In this document: in pieces, positions 40,852 to 52,246 of the stretch | Position numbering within the stretch: position 1 is the stretch's first letter | How the letters are laid out: every line of letters starts with the position of its first letter | DNA from: Blepharisma stoltei ATCC 30299 | Taxonomy: Eukaryota; Protista; Ciliophora | Length of the DNA stretch: 64,000 nucleotides | Assembly: GCA_965603825.1 (NCBI GenBank) | Contig: CBFDEM010000001.1 | Span: 186,001-250,000, forward strand | Direction: 5' to 3' | Position numbers and translations under genes: made by a program | Notes under the pieces: model-generated | Databases searched by the model: none | Told to the model about the DNA's origin: nothing | What the model saw: only the letters and a program-made list of their open reading frames with translations

Positions 40852-41664
40852 ATGTCATTAAGCATCAATTTAAATTCAATTATCCTTATCTTCAGAAGAT
40901 CAGCTGAATTTTTATCTATCAGTGATACCCTAAATTTGCTGTCCCTAAATAAAGCTTTTAAATCAGAACTTCCAAATGATGAATGATTCCGAAGATTATG
41001 CCTTTTAATCCTTTCTGATATATTTAACGACCAAATAATAGATGATAACAACTCGTTCTCTCTTTTATCAGAACTTCTCGGCTGCTCATTCACGAATTTT
41101 CGAGATATTTATTCCTCAATTAAGCATTCTTACAATTTAATCAAAAATCCATGCGGAGAATTTGGCTTTAATTATTGGAATTCTTATTCAGGACCGTGAA
41201 TTATTGAAAATTCAGGCTGTTGAAGTAATAAAAAATCAACATATGTGAGTGGTGCATTTTGGTGCCATCTTACCCAGATAGTTGAATTTCCAGAAAATTC
41301 TCGACCAAAATTATTAGTTATTGGAAGCCCTATAAGGAGAAAAGACGTTAATGGAGGTGAAGCAAGACTTGAAGTTGAACTTATTAAAGAAGGAAATAAC
41401 AAAGAAAAAAATGTTAAAAAATCAAGGTTATTCCCTGCTTGAAAAAGAGAACAAAATAAAAGATCGATTTCTATTAAACCACCATTGACAGAACCAGATA
41501 GCCAAGGGCTATGCAATTGAGGACAACTGATAATGAAAATAAAATTAAATAAAAACTATAAGAAAGCATCCATATCATTTTATGGGAAAGATGAGAAATA
41601 CTGGAAAGGAGCTTTTGGAACAAGATTTGGATATTGCTACGCAAGAATATTTTATGTGAACTAA
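40852..41664 (+). CDS. F-box-like + FBA (glycan-binding, FBXO2/6/44-type) protein (~270 aa)
   Basis: With TGA=Trp: NLIKNPCGEFGFNYW, GAFWCHLTQIVE and FYGKDEKYWKGAFGTRF, all resembling FBA-domain motifs. Confidence 0.8.
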
Positions 41665-42328
41665 ATTAATTAAGATTTTAAAATTGAACTTGCTAGGCTT
41701 AGCAAGCTATAAAGCATTTAATATAATACAATTAATGCTAATAAAAAGAATATTTAAATTAGAAATAAAAGTTCATTTATTGATTATACGTTACTTGTTT
41801 ATTTATAATATCTTTAAATCATTTAATTATGCAAAATCTCCATTAGTTTTTGAGAAAATAAACTCAAACTTTTTACGGGTAAATCATAAAAAGGCTGGTT
41901 TCTCTTATACAGAGTATTGACAAATTAAATTTTATGGATTTAAAAGAATAATTTAACTTAACAAACACGAATTAATGCTTTGCAAATTTTTCAATTAAAA
42001 GTATTACCTTAATAGCCGAATTATATTAATTTTTAGTTTTATAATTTCTCTTTAATATTTTTAATAATATTTCCATAGAATATATCTGAATATTCCTAAA
42101 ATATAAAAGTGCATTCTTTTCTAGATGCTTTAAATAGCATTTACTTATAATCCATTTATTTATTGTCTTTATTTCTAGAAATTTTAGAATTCTGGTGACA
42201 AATATGGATAATTATAGTAATCTATAGTAATTTAGATATAATGATAGTAGGCAATTTCATAGGATAACTAAAATAATTTATCTGAATATTTATATCTATT
42301 ATTATGATATCTTTAGTGCTTCACTCCA

Positions 42329-42628
42329 TTAATGCTCCATGAATTGAGCCCTTTTACTTTCTGCTTTTAAATTCGCTGTTTCTTTGATCGCCTTTAATGA
42401 GCTTGAACAAATTTCATTTTGCTTCTTAGCAAGCCCGTTCTCGAATTCAACAAAAGGCTTCAATGATTCAAGGCAAGTGTTTACACTTTGGATCTGCCTC
42501 ACAGCATTTTCATAGTCATCCTTGGTGAACTGATCAGAAACATTGATTTGATACAATATGTTGAACTCATAATCAAGCTGTGATATAGCACTATCTAAGC
42601 TTATTTGATTTAATCTTACCTGTTCCAT
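42329..42628 (-). CDS. Hypothetical helical protein (99 aa)
   Basis: ATG..TAA ORF with coding-like composition in AT-rich flanks. Confidence 0.55.
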   Translation of the reverse strand: MEQVRLNQISLDSAISQLDYEFNILYQINVSDQFTKDDYENAVRQIQSVNTCLESLKPFVEFENGLAKKQNEICSSSLKAIKETANLKAESKRAQFMEH

Positions 42629-43650
42629 TTTCTAAAATACTGGACCAAGCTCACTAAAGAAGTTATTTAAAATATGGAAAATCGATTTATTTCAATTTAA
42701 GTAAATCTCTAATGGATCTTTTCTAAGCAAAATATTAATTAGTAAGTTAAAGAATCTTGTTTCTTGAAATTTATTGAGAAAATTGATCAATTATCTTTAA
42801 TTTAGCATTGAGAGTAGTGCTGATTTAAGATTATTTGACTATAATCTGATGACTTGACCCCATACATTACGCTTTAATGCTTATTATAAGATAATCACAG
42901 AGCCTAGCGGTCTTTATTTAAATTAAATTGAAATGGCATCTTTTATTTCATTCATTTATAGATTCTGATATTTTTTTTCAAATATATATAAGGAATTATT
43001 ATTTTATAGACCTAATAAAGTTGCAAAATGGCAATGCCTATATTTAAAATTAATTGATAATAATACCGTATTCAAAAGCTTATTTTCAGTATAAATGATG
43101 ATAGACAGAATAAAAAATAAGATAGATATTTCCTTAATTTTCAAGAAATCCGCTTCAGAACTTTAGCGTATGAGCATTTATATCAAGATAACAATATTTT
43201 TTATAATTGGCAAAAACAGATTTAAGGAATTCTTTTAAATGATTCAAAGCTTGCTTATCATCTTAATATATATAAAATACTTTTAATTCTAAATTGAAAC
43301 CTATCTGATAAGAATAAATATGGATTATTAGCTTCTGACCAAAATTAAAGTTCCAAAAATAAGCTTCAAAAACTTATTTTTATTTCTAGTAGGCATTTCG
43401 ACTGAGTGAAATTTTATTTAAGCCTCAAAAGAGAAAATTAAATTAAATTCTTACAAAGTCATAGTGATAAATAATTTAGCACGGCCCATATACTAAAATT
43501 TCTCAATTGTAAGCTAAATTTAATACTCACTTGCCTAATTAAATTTAGTTTGTTTCTATCATATAAAATTTAACCAGGATTTTACTAATAAAATATTGTT
43601 AATTTTAGAGCATTTTATTCATATTTTTTTCTATCTGTTCTATTATTAAT

Positions 43651-43965
43651 ATGTCAAAGTTTACCGAATCTTTATTCGGATGCTGCTCAGATATCAAAGT
43701 TTGTTTGTGGGGAGGCTGCGTTCCTTGTGGGCCTTACTGCTTGCAAGGATACGCTATAAAAGCTGCAACTAAAGGTGCTGAAGGTTGTTGTATGCCTTGC
43801 CTGATTGGTAGCTTCTTAGGATGTATTGGAGGAGCAATAAATAGATCAAGAATTCGTCAATTGCTTACTATAGAAGGAAGTTTGTTAAATGATTGCTGTG
43901 TTCATTGATTCTGTAGCCCTTGTGCATCATGTCAAGAGTATAGAGAAGCCGAAAAAATTACTTAA
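43651..43965 (+). CDS. PLAC8-family Cys-rich protein (104 aa)
   Basis: SLFGCCSDIKVCLWG and DCCVH-W(TGA)-FCSPCASCQEYRE. Confidence 0.9.
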
Positions 43966-44194
43966 TTATTAAATAGCTGTATCTTTTAACTTTTTAAAAA
44001 TTAATGTTCAAAATTCCATTTTAATTATAAGGATAGAAAAATATAAGTTTTTATCACGTAAGCTTTATTATTAACTCTTTATCTCAAGCAAAATTATAAT
44101 TTTTTTAAATGCTATTAAAGAATCAAATCTACGCATAGTAATATTTCATATTTTAATCTATTTTATTTAATTCACTTAACCTTATCTCAATAGC

Positions 44195-44815
44195 TTAGCA
44201 ACATTTTTTCTGTTGAGTGTGCTGTTTGCCAGCTTTCAGTTTTTCTCCTCCCATCCCTTTAATTTGGCTTTCCATTGCATCTTCCTTTGCTTGACTTCTC
44301 TTCATAATTTCTTCCACAAGTCGTACCAATGCTTCATTTGCATTTGTCCCCAATTTCGAACTTGTCATGTAACTTGCTACAAACTGCCTTTGATTTGCAA
44401 ATCTCGCCAAATCGTCATTTGTCATGCCACTGCCAGGGACTAATAAATCAGATTTATTTGCGACAAGAACCATAGGGATGGGTGAGCCGTCTGGCAATCT
44501 TACATTATCATCAACACTTCCTTTCCACAAACTGGCTTGCTCAAGTGTTCCTTCACGTGTTGCATCAGTAACGACTAATGCTCCATTGGCATCTCTGCAA
44601 TAAAGTCTTGAAATACCTCCTAGCCTGTCCTGCCCAGCAAGATCCCACAATTGAACCCTAACTGGTTCTCCATTGATTTCAATTATCTTGAGGCCAAATT
44701 CGCAACCGATTGTGGCTTTGTATTTTTCAGTGAATGTATTATAGACAATTCTGTTAACGAGAGAAGTTTTACCAACACCTACGTCTCCAATAACCAAAAC
44801 TTTGAAAAAGCTCAT
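44195..44815 (-). CDS. Rab32/38/29-like small GTPase
   Basis: GDVGVGKTS, YKATIG, WDLAGQ, LPDGSPIPMVLVANKSD, and a C-terminal CC prenylation site. Confidence 0.88.
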   Translation of the reverse strand: MSFFKVLVIGDVGVGKTSLVNRIVYNTFTEKYKATIGCEFGLKIIEINGEPVRVQLWDLAGQDRLGGISRLYCRDANGALVVTDATREGTLEQASLWKGSVDDNVRLPDGSPIPMVLVANKSDLLVPGSGMTNDDLARFANQRQFVASYMTSSKLGTNANEALVRLVEEIMKRSQAKEDAMESQIKGMGGEKLKAGKQHTQQKKCC

Positions 44816-44833
44816 ATTTTTTGGAAACTTTAT

Positions 44834-46357
44834 ATGGAGAGCACGGTTTATAGTTCGTTTTTGGACACAAAATGCACTGCGCTGAGGGAAAAAATTCCAG
44901 TCAGGCTACAAAAGGATATTGAAAATGAATTGGCAACTTTAGAAAAAGAAAGGAAAGAAGGAATCCGATTGGACCAACAGATTCATGAGGCTGAAGAAGA
45001 GTTGGAACAAATTCAAGGTAAAATTAAAAAGTTCTCAGAAAATAGAGAATTTATAAGTTCAATTTCGATTTCAGAGAAAAAGCTTGAAATTTCTAATACT
45101 CAATACCAAGAAATCTTAAATGAAAACCAGCTGTTAAGATCACAAGTTGATGCATTACGGCAAAACATACTCTCATATGAGAGAGTTATTAAAACCGCTG
45201 AATCAGATATTGAAAAATACTCTAAATTGTCTTCAACAAAAAATAGCACCATTCAAAAATTAAAAGAGTCAGAAGAACAAAATCAGCAACAACTGACCAT
45301 CTTAAGGTCGAAAAGTGCAAGTGCTAGAGAAAAATTTGCAAGTAAAATAACTAACCTTGCCTCAATTATACAAAATGAGGAGCAACACAAGTCCCAAACA
45401 CTGAAAAACATAAAAGAAAGTTTAAATATTCAAATGTTTCGACCTCTTAACATGCTAGACAACACCAAAGTTGTAAGTTCTTTGATACCAAAGTATCAAA
45501 GCCAAATAATTGCTAAACAAGGAGAAATAGATGACTATATCGAACAAGTCCATGAGCTAGAAACTGCTTTAAGAGCCATAACTGAAGCCACTGGCATAAC
45601 TAGTAGCAGCGAGGTTGTGACACAGATTTTGAAATCAGAAGAGCAAATAGGATCTGTTACAAAATATTTAAATGAACTAAATGCAGAAGCTGACATACTT
45701 CTAAAAAATCTTGCCTTTATGTTTTTATTTTTAATGCAGAAAGGCATGACTGCGAGTTTTAATAAAAAATCGGCGAGTGGCAGATCTGAGACAGTAGAAA
45801 AACAATTGCAAAGGTCAATAGAAAGCAATAAAGACCTGAATTATAGATATGCTCAAGTGCAATTCCATATAAACCACTCATTTACTCTGATAAAAGTAAT
45901 TCTTAGTTAGCAAATGAGTAAAAAGTGCAAAGAAACTCCAATCCAGCTCCAAATTCATACAAATCCACCAATTGTGGCTCAAGAAACATGCGAAGAAAAC
46001 ATTTGTTTTCTCTTAAGCCAGATTGAGGAGTATATTTCATATTTTCAGATGATTATTTCTAATTTATCTTATCCTAGGCCGCTAACTCCGATGAAGTTTC
46101 ATAGTCCTCAAAAGACAGTTCCAAGGTTAAATGTGAAATTTATTTAGCTAATTTTGGAGTCTAAAGACCTTTATCAAGAATCTGATTCTGAGGATGCAAA
46201 AAGTCCTAAAAGTCTCGAATTTATGAAAAACAGAGCAAAAAGAATATATTTAGCTTATACAGAACGCAGAACTACAAGTAATAATCACTCTCCAACGAAA
46301 AGTGATTTTATTTCTTCCAGAACTTCTAATTTAGAATCGCTTAAAAGTGCAAGGTAA
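44834..46357 (+). CDS. Outer dynein arm docking complex DC2-like coiled-coil protein (ODAD1/CCDC63/CCDC114 family); two 15-nt introns
   Basis: YQEILNENQLLRSQVDALR and ITEATGITSSSEVVTQILKSEEQIGSVTKYLNELNAE resemble DC2-family motifs. Introns 45896-45910 and 46133-46147 join three ORFs. Confidence 0.75.
45896..45910 (+). other. 15-nt intron
   Basis: gtaattcttagttag; ends in an in-frame TAG. Confidence 0.85.
46133..46147 (+). other. 15-nt intron
   Basis: gtgaaatttatttag; ends in an in-frame TAG. Confidence 0.8.
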
Positions 46358-46765
46358 ATGTATTTTTTACTATTATTAACTATTTGAATTATAAATTAAT
46401 TTGCTTTTGAGTTTTTATAAAGTTAAACTTTAATTTTCATCTCTAAAAAGTTTATTTTTCTTACTCATTTAATTCAAATCATATTTCGCCTCTTCAATTT
46501 ATCAAAGATATAGATCTAATCGCTTAATCTTGATATTGCTTTTGTGTCTCTAAACTAACTTTTTCTTTGCATTGTTTCAGATAAATTATATGATTCTTCT
46601 TATTGTCTTCATAATTTTACTTTCATAAGCCTTCAATCTATCTGAACCGCTGTTTTACCAAAGTATTTGCCGTTTACCCCATAATATATATCTAAAATAT
46701 TCCATTCTCCATGCCAATTCTAATTACATAGAGAATGAGAGGCTTATAACCATTTTTTGTTGGCA

Positions 46766-47008
46766 ATGGTAAGACCTATATAGCCTAAAGAAGTTAAAGA
46801 CATCAGGATGTTCGTCCAAATGTGCAGACCAGGCACCAACCAAAAAGCACAAGCCAAATCTGTCACCATCAAGAAGGTCGGCAAAGTCACAAAATTCAAG
46901 CTTCGTTGCAATAAGTACCTTTATACTTTGGTAGTAGATGATGTGCAAAAAGCAGACAAACTTAAACAGTCATTACCACCAAGTCTCAATAAAAAGGAAA
47001 TAAACTAA
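46766..47008 (+). CDS. RPL38: 60S ribosomal protein L38 (eL38)
   Basis: ATG, 15-nt intron, then PKEVKDIR...KFKLRCNKYLYTLVVDDVQKADKLKQSLPP. Confidence 0.95.
46769..46783 (+). other. 15-nt intron immediately after the start codon
   Basis: gtaagacctatatag; removal gives the canonical MPKE N-terminus. Confidence 0.92.
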
Positions 47009-47633
47009 GTTTGAGCTTATTCTTTAGAGGAATTTAATTCGAGTTAATATCAATAAAATTAAATAAATTGAAGGGATATGGAGTCACTCGATGTGGCATT
47101 CCTGGAATGTATCTTAAAGAATAACTTGAGCTTTTCTTATTTCTAAAGTATGAATTAGAGATACTATTTTATTTCGATTGTTATTAAAATTATCTAGCTA
47201 TTTGATTTTTCATTAAAAAGTAATTCAAAAATATGATTTTTTTGACACTTAACATATCATTTTGTCAAGGATTTGTGCTAAAAATATTCGAGTCGTCCAG
47301 CATTGTATTTTTTAATTATTTAGAGTTTTAATAGTAAAATTAAAAGATAATTATTTTTGGGCCTTTCATCTCTATTGATGTTTTATCTATTAATAACCAA
47401 TTTAAAAACTTATCAATATTGCTGTTTATTTCATATTTTTATAAAATAACAAATTTAATTTAGTCAGAAAATGCTAAAAGCTATATAAAAATACAGCAGA
47501 ATATTAAATTTTTTTGGTACTTTATAGAATCACAAAGCATTCTTTTATCTATTTTTGTAATAATAAAAATTTTCTGTCCTTCAAGAAGTAAGCCTAAATA
47601 ATCTAAATGACATTGATTAATCTTAATAAAATA

Positions 47634-47816
47634 ATGGATCCGAAAACAAGAGACTATTTGATTATGATAGGTGGAGGCTTAGCTATTTTTTTCCTGAGCT
47701 ATGAAATATTCAGCCCGAACAGCTTTTTAAATTCAACTAGCGTTGCAGGAGAAGCAGCCAAAGAAGGAGCAAAAGCTGCTTCAAAAACCTATGTTAGCGA
47801 AAAACTATCCAGATAA
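47634..47816 (+). CDS. Small single-TM protein (60 aa)
   Basis: MDPKTRDYLIMIGGGLAIFFLSYEIF...; alternative upstream ATG at 47607. Confidence 0.6.
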   Translation: MDPKTRDYLIMIGGGLAIFFLSYEIFSPNSFLNSTSVAGEAAKEGAKAASKTYVSEKLSR

Positions 47817-47961
47817 GCTTTGACTAAGTTAAGCAAATTTAAACAATTGGTATAATAATTAAAAATCACTTGAAAATATTTAAGTAGATATTAACTGAAT
47901 TTATCAGAACAAAGAATTCAATGAACCAACACAATTAACAAATGGCCAATATGGAAATAAA

Positions 47962-48453
47962 ATGGAGCAACAACCGATCGGAACAACGATTCATCGTAAA
48001 TCATCTAGGTGGACTTTATCTATCCTATCAGCTATAGGTTTAATAATGACCGTAGCAATTTTTTCAATTCTTGGAGCTAAAGGAGGACATTGTGACATAC
48101 CTCTTCGAGAATGATTATTTATTTTTTCAGGAACACTAGGCTTGATATCAGTAACTTCAATGATTGTTGAGACCTGCCTTATTAAGTGTTTAAGCTACCG
48201 AACTGGCTTTTATTCTTATAACATTGCAATGGGATTTGGGATTACTTTTCTATTTATTTGGCTTAGCATTGGCTCATATTTTATTTTAAGCAGCTCTACT
48301 TGCAGAGATAATTTTAAAGTGGGGTATGATTTGACTTTGAGCATTTTTGGTGTTTTCTTTTTGATTAGTGCTTTAATGATCGGCCTATTGCTAGCTGGAA
48401 TATTCAGTGGATTTTTTGATAAAAGAAAATCTAATCAATTTTTGAATGGCTAA
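47962..48453 (+). CDS. 4-TM membrane protein
   Basis: With TGA=Trp it has four hydrophobic segments and CDIPLREWL. Start uncertain. Confidence 0.7.
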
Positions 48454-48639
48454 AGAATTATATTTTAACAATAATTGTATCTAAAACTTTCATAAAAATA
48501 ATTTATTTTCACTTAAAAGAACTCTTTTGTTGATCACACTCTTCAATCCATAATGTTAATTTTTATTTTAATTATTTTAATAAAATATATATTAACCAAT
48601 AATTAACTTATTAAATTTTACATGTCTTGATTTTCACCA

Positions 48640-49404
48640 TTATTCATTATCTGAAATTCCTGGCGCTAAATAAAATTTTATTTCTGCATCTCCAAAAGCA
48701 TACTTCAGCAGTACCGGCTCATCAGGATGAATTACAATTTCAGTATTTTTTGATAAAACATGCGCTTTTGTGATTTTTTTTAAATAAGCCAAATTCAGCT
48801 CTGTCCTACAGCTTCTAAAAGTCCTTATCAAAGTCCCATTTTGCCCTATCCTCTGCTTATAGCTAATACTCCCACCAGCAGCAGAACACTTAATGCTGAA
48901 TTTTACTCTAGCTTTGTTAACATCAATAATAAGAAACTCGCTTAAATGAATCAAGTCTCCACAAATACCATGAAATTCTCTTGCATTTATATAAAACGTC
49001 GTTTGATAAGGCAGCTCAGGCGGATCTACATCTTCCATGATATTTGCGTTCAAATTGAGTGTAAACTCACATACCTTTGGACGGCTATGTGCTTGAAAAC
49101 ACAGGTTAAGGACAGTAAGATCTGGAGCTGATGAGAAAATAAGAGAATCTTCTGATTCAGCAAGCTTGAGCAATTGGCTAAGTCCTGGGAGTGATAAGTT
49201 CATCTTAAAAGCTTCATGGCACTCATAATCTTCAAAAAAAATCGCTGGCAAATTTATTGTAACTTGCAAAATATTTAAAGGGTCAGTCGACATCAGACAA
49301 ATTCCAGCCTCACTTACTTCAAGATTAGCATCAGGAATCATATCTTTCACGATATCGATCAGTTTTCGGAAGTCTCCGAGCTGGGCAATCCTCGCTTGAA
49401 ACAT
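48640..49404 (-). CDS. PCNA: Divergent PCNA-family sliding clamp
   Basis: MFQARI, FEDYEC, ICGDL, VKFS and IKFYLAP; 254 aa. Confidence 0.88.
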   Translation of the reverse strand: MFQARIAQLGDFRKLIDIVKDMIPDANLEVSEAGICLMSTDPLNILQVTINLPAIFFEDYECHEAFKMNLSLPGLSQLLKLAESEDSLIFSSAPDLTVLNLCFQAHSRPKVCEFTLNLNANIMEDVDPPELPYQTTFYINAREFHGICGDLIHLSEFLIIDVNKARVKFSIKCSAAGGSISYKQRIGQNGTLIRTFRSCRTELNLAYLKKITKAHVLSKNTEIVIHPDEPVLLKYAFGDAEIKFYLAPGISDNE

Positions 49405-49539
49405 GCGCTGTTATAAATTTGCTAACAAAAAATTAGGGGGATCTTTAAATTATTTTTAATTATTATTTAATATAGATTAGCTTGGATAGAATCTTGTAGA
49501 GCATGCATCAGATATTCTGATAAAACGATACATGTATAA

Positions 49540-50757
49540 ATGGCTTTTATAGCTCTTCTATTATGCAGTGCTCTTGCATTTGGCTATATTAAGGTTCCTT
49601 TAGAACGCAAAACCCCTCTCAGTAATTTAGATCTCAAAGCTTTTAAAGCAGCAGCAAGCTCTATAGACCTTGTAACTTCTAATTCTACATCACAAATCCT
49701 CAATGTTGACAATATGCAATATTTTGGTAGCATCAGCATAGGAACCCCTGAAGAAAAATTTAGCGTGATCTTTGATACAGGCTCAGCTTGGCTTTGGGTT
49801 CCATCTATTCAATGTGAGTCTTCTTGCCATGAATCTTCAAATTATTTTGATAGCTCTGAAAGCTCCACATATGCATCATATAATGAAACAATCCAACTTT
49901 CATATGGCCAAGGAGTTGCACTTGGAGATATTGGATATGATAAAGTCTCTATTGGAGATACCTATACCCTTTCTGTATTAAACCAGTCCTTTGTGACAAT
50001 AAATCAAGACCAAGATTTTGAAGCTTTAATGGCAGATGGAATTTTAGGCTTAGGATTCAAGGAGCTTTCTAATAACCAGTCAACACTCCTAGATAACTTA
50101 AAACACCAAGGCCAAATCGAAGAGAAGATTTTTTCTGTTTATTTGACAGATAATTGATTTCAGGCTGGACCGACAGAAGGATCTGTAGTAATTTTTGGGG
50201 GTTATGATTTGAAAACTTATGCTAAAGTGGATGAAATTGATTATATAAATGTTTTAGAGCAAACTGGATATTGGGCAGTGCTCTTAGATGGAATTAAAAT
50301 AAATGATGATCATTTAGCGAGTACAACTTTTGTAGGGATTGTTGATACTGGGTCAAGCTTAATCAATGTCCCTTATAATGATGCGAATGTAATATTTACG
50401 GAAATTTCTAATAGTGGGGCGTGCCAAATTGCAAGTGGTTTTTTATTTTGCGACTGTGGATATCAAAACAAATTAGAAGATTACCCCAAAATTTCATTTT
50501 TGCTAGGGTTGTCGAAGAGATTTACATTGGGGCCTGAGGATTATTTCTTAAAACAGGGGTCTGATTGTTTGCTTCTGTTTGCAGCTTCTCCTTTTGATAG
50601 TGTATGGATATTGGGAGATGTGTTTTTAAGAAAGTATTACACCATTTTTGATGCTGAAAACTACAGAATTGGGTTTGCAATTTCAATTGATTCTGAGGAC
50701 AGTGCACATTTTTGGAGTTTCAATCTTTTCTTAGCATTAATTTATCTTTATTTATAA
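49540..50757 (+). CDS. Pepsin-family (A1) aspartic protease, possibly GPI-anchored
   Basis: Signal peptide, FDTGSAWLWV, VDTGSS, ILGDVFLRKYYTIFD and a hydrophobic C-terminus. The two lobes join through TGA 50155-50157. Confidence 0.93.
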
Positions 50758-50799
50758 GAATTAGAATTTGAGAGTTAGTCTTAATCCCTATTAAATCTG

Positions 50800-52240
50800 A
50801 TTTGATATCAGGCAAAGCTTAATAGGAGCAGGTTACTGAGTTGATCAGCACAATTTCAATTCGGTAGCAAGAGTTTTTCCTCATGAGGGGATGAAACCGA
50901 CGTCAATATGCATATACAGCAGCACTAGAATAATACCCTGATCATCTAGATTATCTCACGTGAAGTAGCGGGTGTTGCAACCTGGGCTTTTATCTTCAAT
51001 TTTTTGAGAAAGCAAACTGGATAATTCAATAGCAAATTAGGTGCTGATATAGATCTTAAATCACCTGATGGCCCCAAGCTAGGCTTGAACTATTTCCAAG
51101 TGGCTGCTGGATGCTTTGATGAAGCTAGAAAGCTCGCTGTTGAGAAGAGGCAGGTGACGACAGCAGACACAAGCCCTGAACATTTAAGTTTCCTTACAAA
51201 TATTCTTATAGCCCAAGCTTTATGCATGCATGATAAATTAGACAAGACAACAGCCAATAGAGTCAATTTATCAAAACTTTCTCAGACAGCCTCAAAAACT
51301 TTGGTCAAGCATATGAACTAGCTTTAAATGAAATTTTATCACGCAGCGTTCCTGATGAAACTAGATTATCCCTTCGATATCAGCAGCTTGTGTATTCTGC
51401 ACCAGCGAGATATTGGATTTCTTTCAATGAAAGGGAGCAAGGCTCAAAAACAGGCAAAGGCTTTGGAAAAGGTGTAGCGAGACTGAGATCAGCTTATGAT
51501 GCCATTCAAAAAGCAATCCAAATAAAAGGAATCCGAGGGCCTATGCTTGATGTTGGTAGAAATCTTTTAACCTTAATCGCCAACGAAAAAGAAAGCGCTG
51601 AGCAAGATAATATGAGAGTGTACATTGGCAATATCCCAGATCATTTTGCATTGTCAGACCCAGAAGACGTCAATATGATTCAGCCTAAATTTCCGCCAAA
51701 GGTCGATATAATGTCACCTATTGCAGGATGTCTTAGAAATTTTGGTTTCCCCAGAAGTTTTGCAGCGAATTGCTGAATATAAAGATACTTTGCAAGCGAT
51801 AAATATAGAAGAAAATGAAAAAGCTGGATTAATCACTAGAGAAATTTCGCAAAATTTAGAAGCGATGAATTTGCCTCATAAATTAGATGCAACATCAGGG
51901 GAAAATGGAATTCCTGAAGCTGTATGGAAAAAAATCCAAAACATTCAATCACAAGGTGGTGTTAATCAATTGAAGCAATCCTTTAACAATGTTATATACA
52001 TTAAATGCAAATAATGCCAAATACTGTGTCGAACTAGAAGGAAATTTAACTAGAGAAGCCCAAGAAGATGCAACTCTTAGAAACAATCACGGATCAAAAT
52101 GGACAACTCTTTTGAATTTTTGGTGGTGGCAGCCTATTTGGCGCAGTATGATGATACAATTTTCCGAATACTGAACAAGGAGTGCAGACCTCATTGTGCA
52201 GGACAGTCTTCGCTATGCCGTAATGCGCAAACTGGTGAGC
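50800..52240 (+). pseudogene. Frameshifted BRO1/ALIX-like pseudogene
   Basis: YFQVAAGCFD, DTSPEHLSFLTNILIAQA, GKGVARLR, AEQDNMRVY, MNLPHKLD and GGVNQL lie in several frames. Boundaries approximate. Confidence 0.75.
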
Positions 52241-52246
52241 AAACGA

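Noticed and set aside
44651-44833. 5' extension of the 419-aa ORF overlapping the Rab gene
   Set aside because: It starts at TTG and is antisense shadow of the Rab CDS. The first ATG is at 44834.
45721-45739. gtttttatttttaatgcag as an intron
   Set aside because: It is 19 nt, outside the 15-16 nt class, and removal shifts the frame into an early TAG. The unspliced frame is open.
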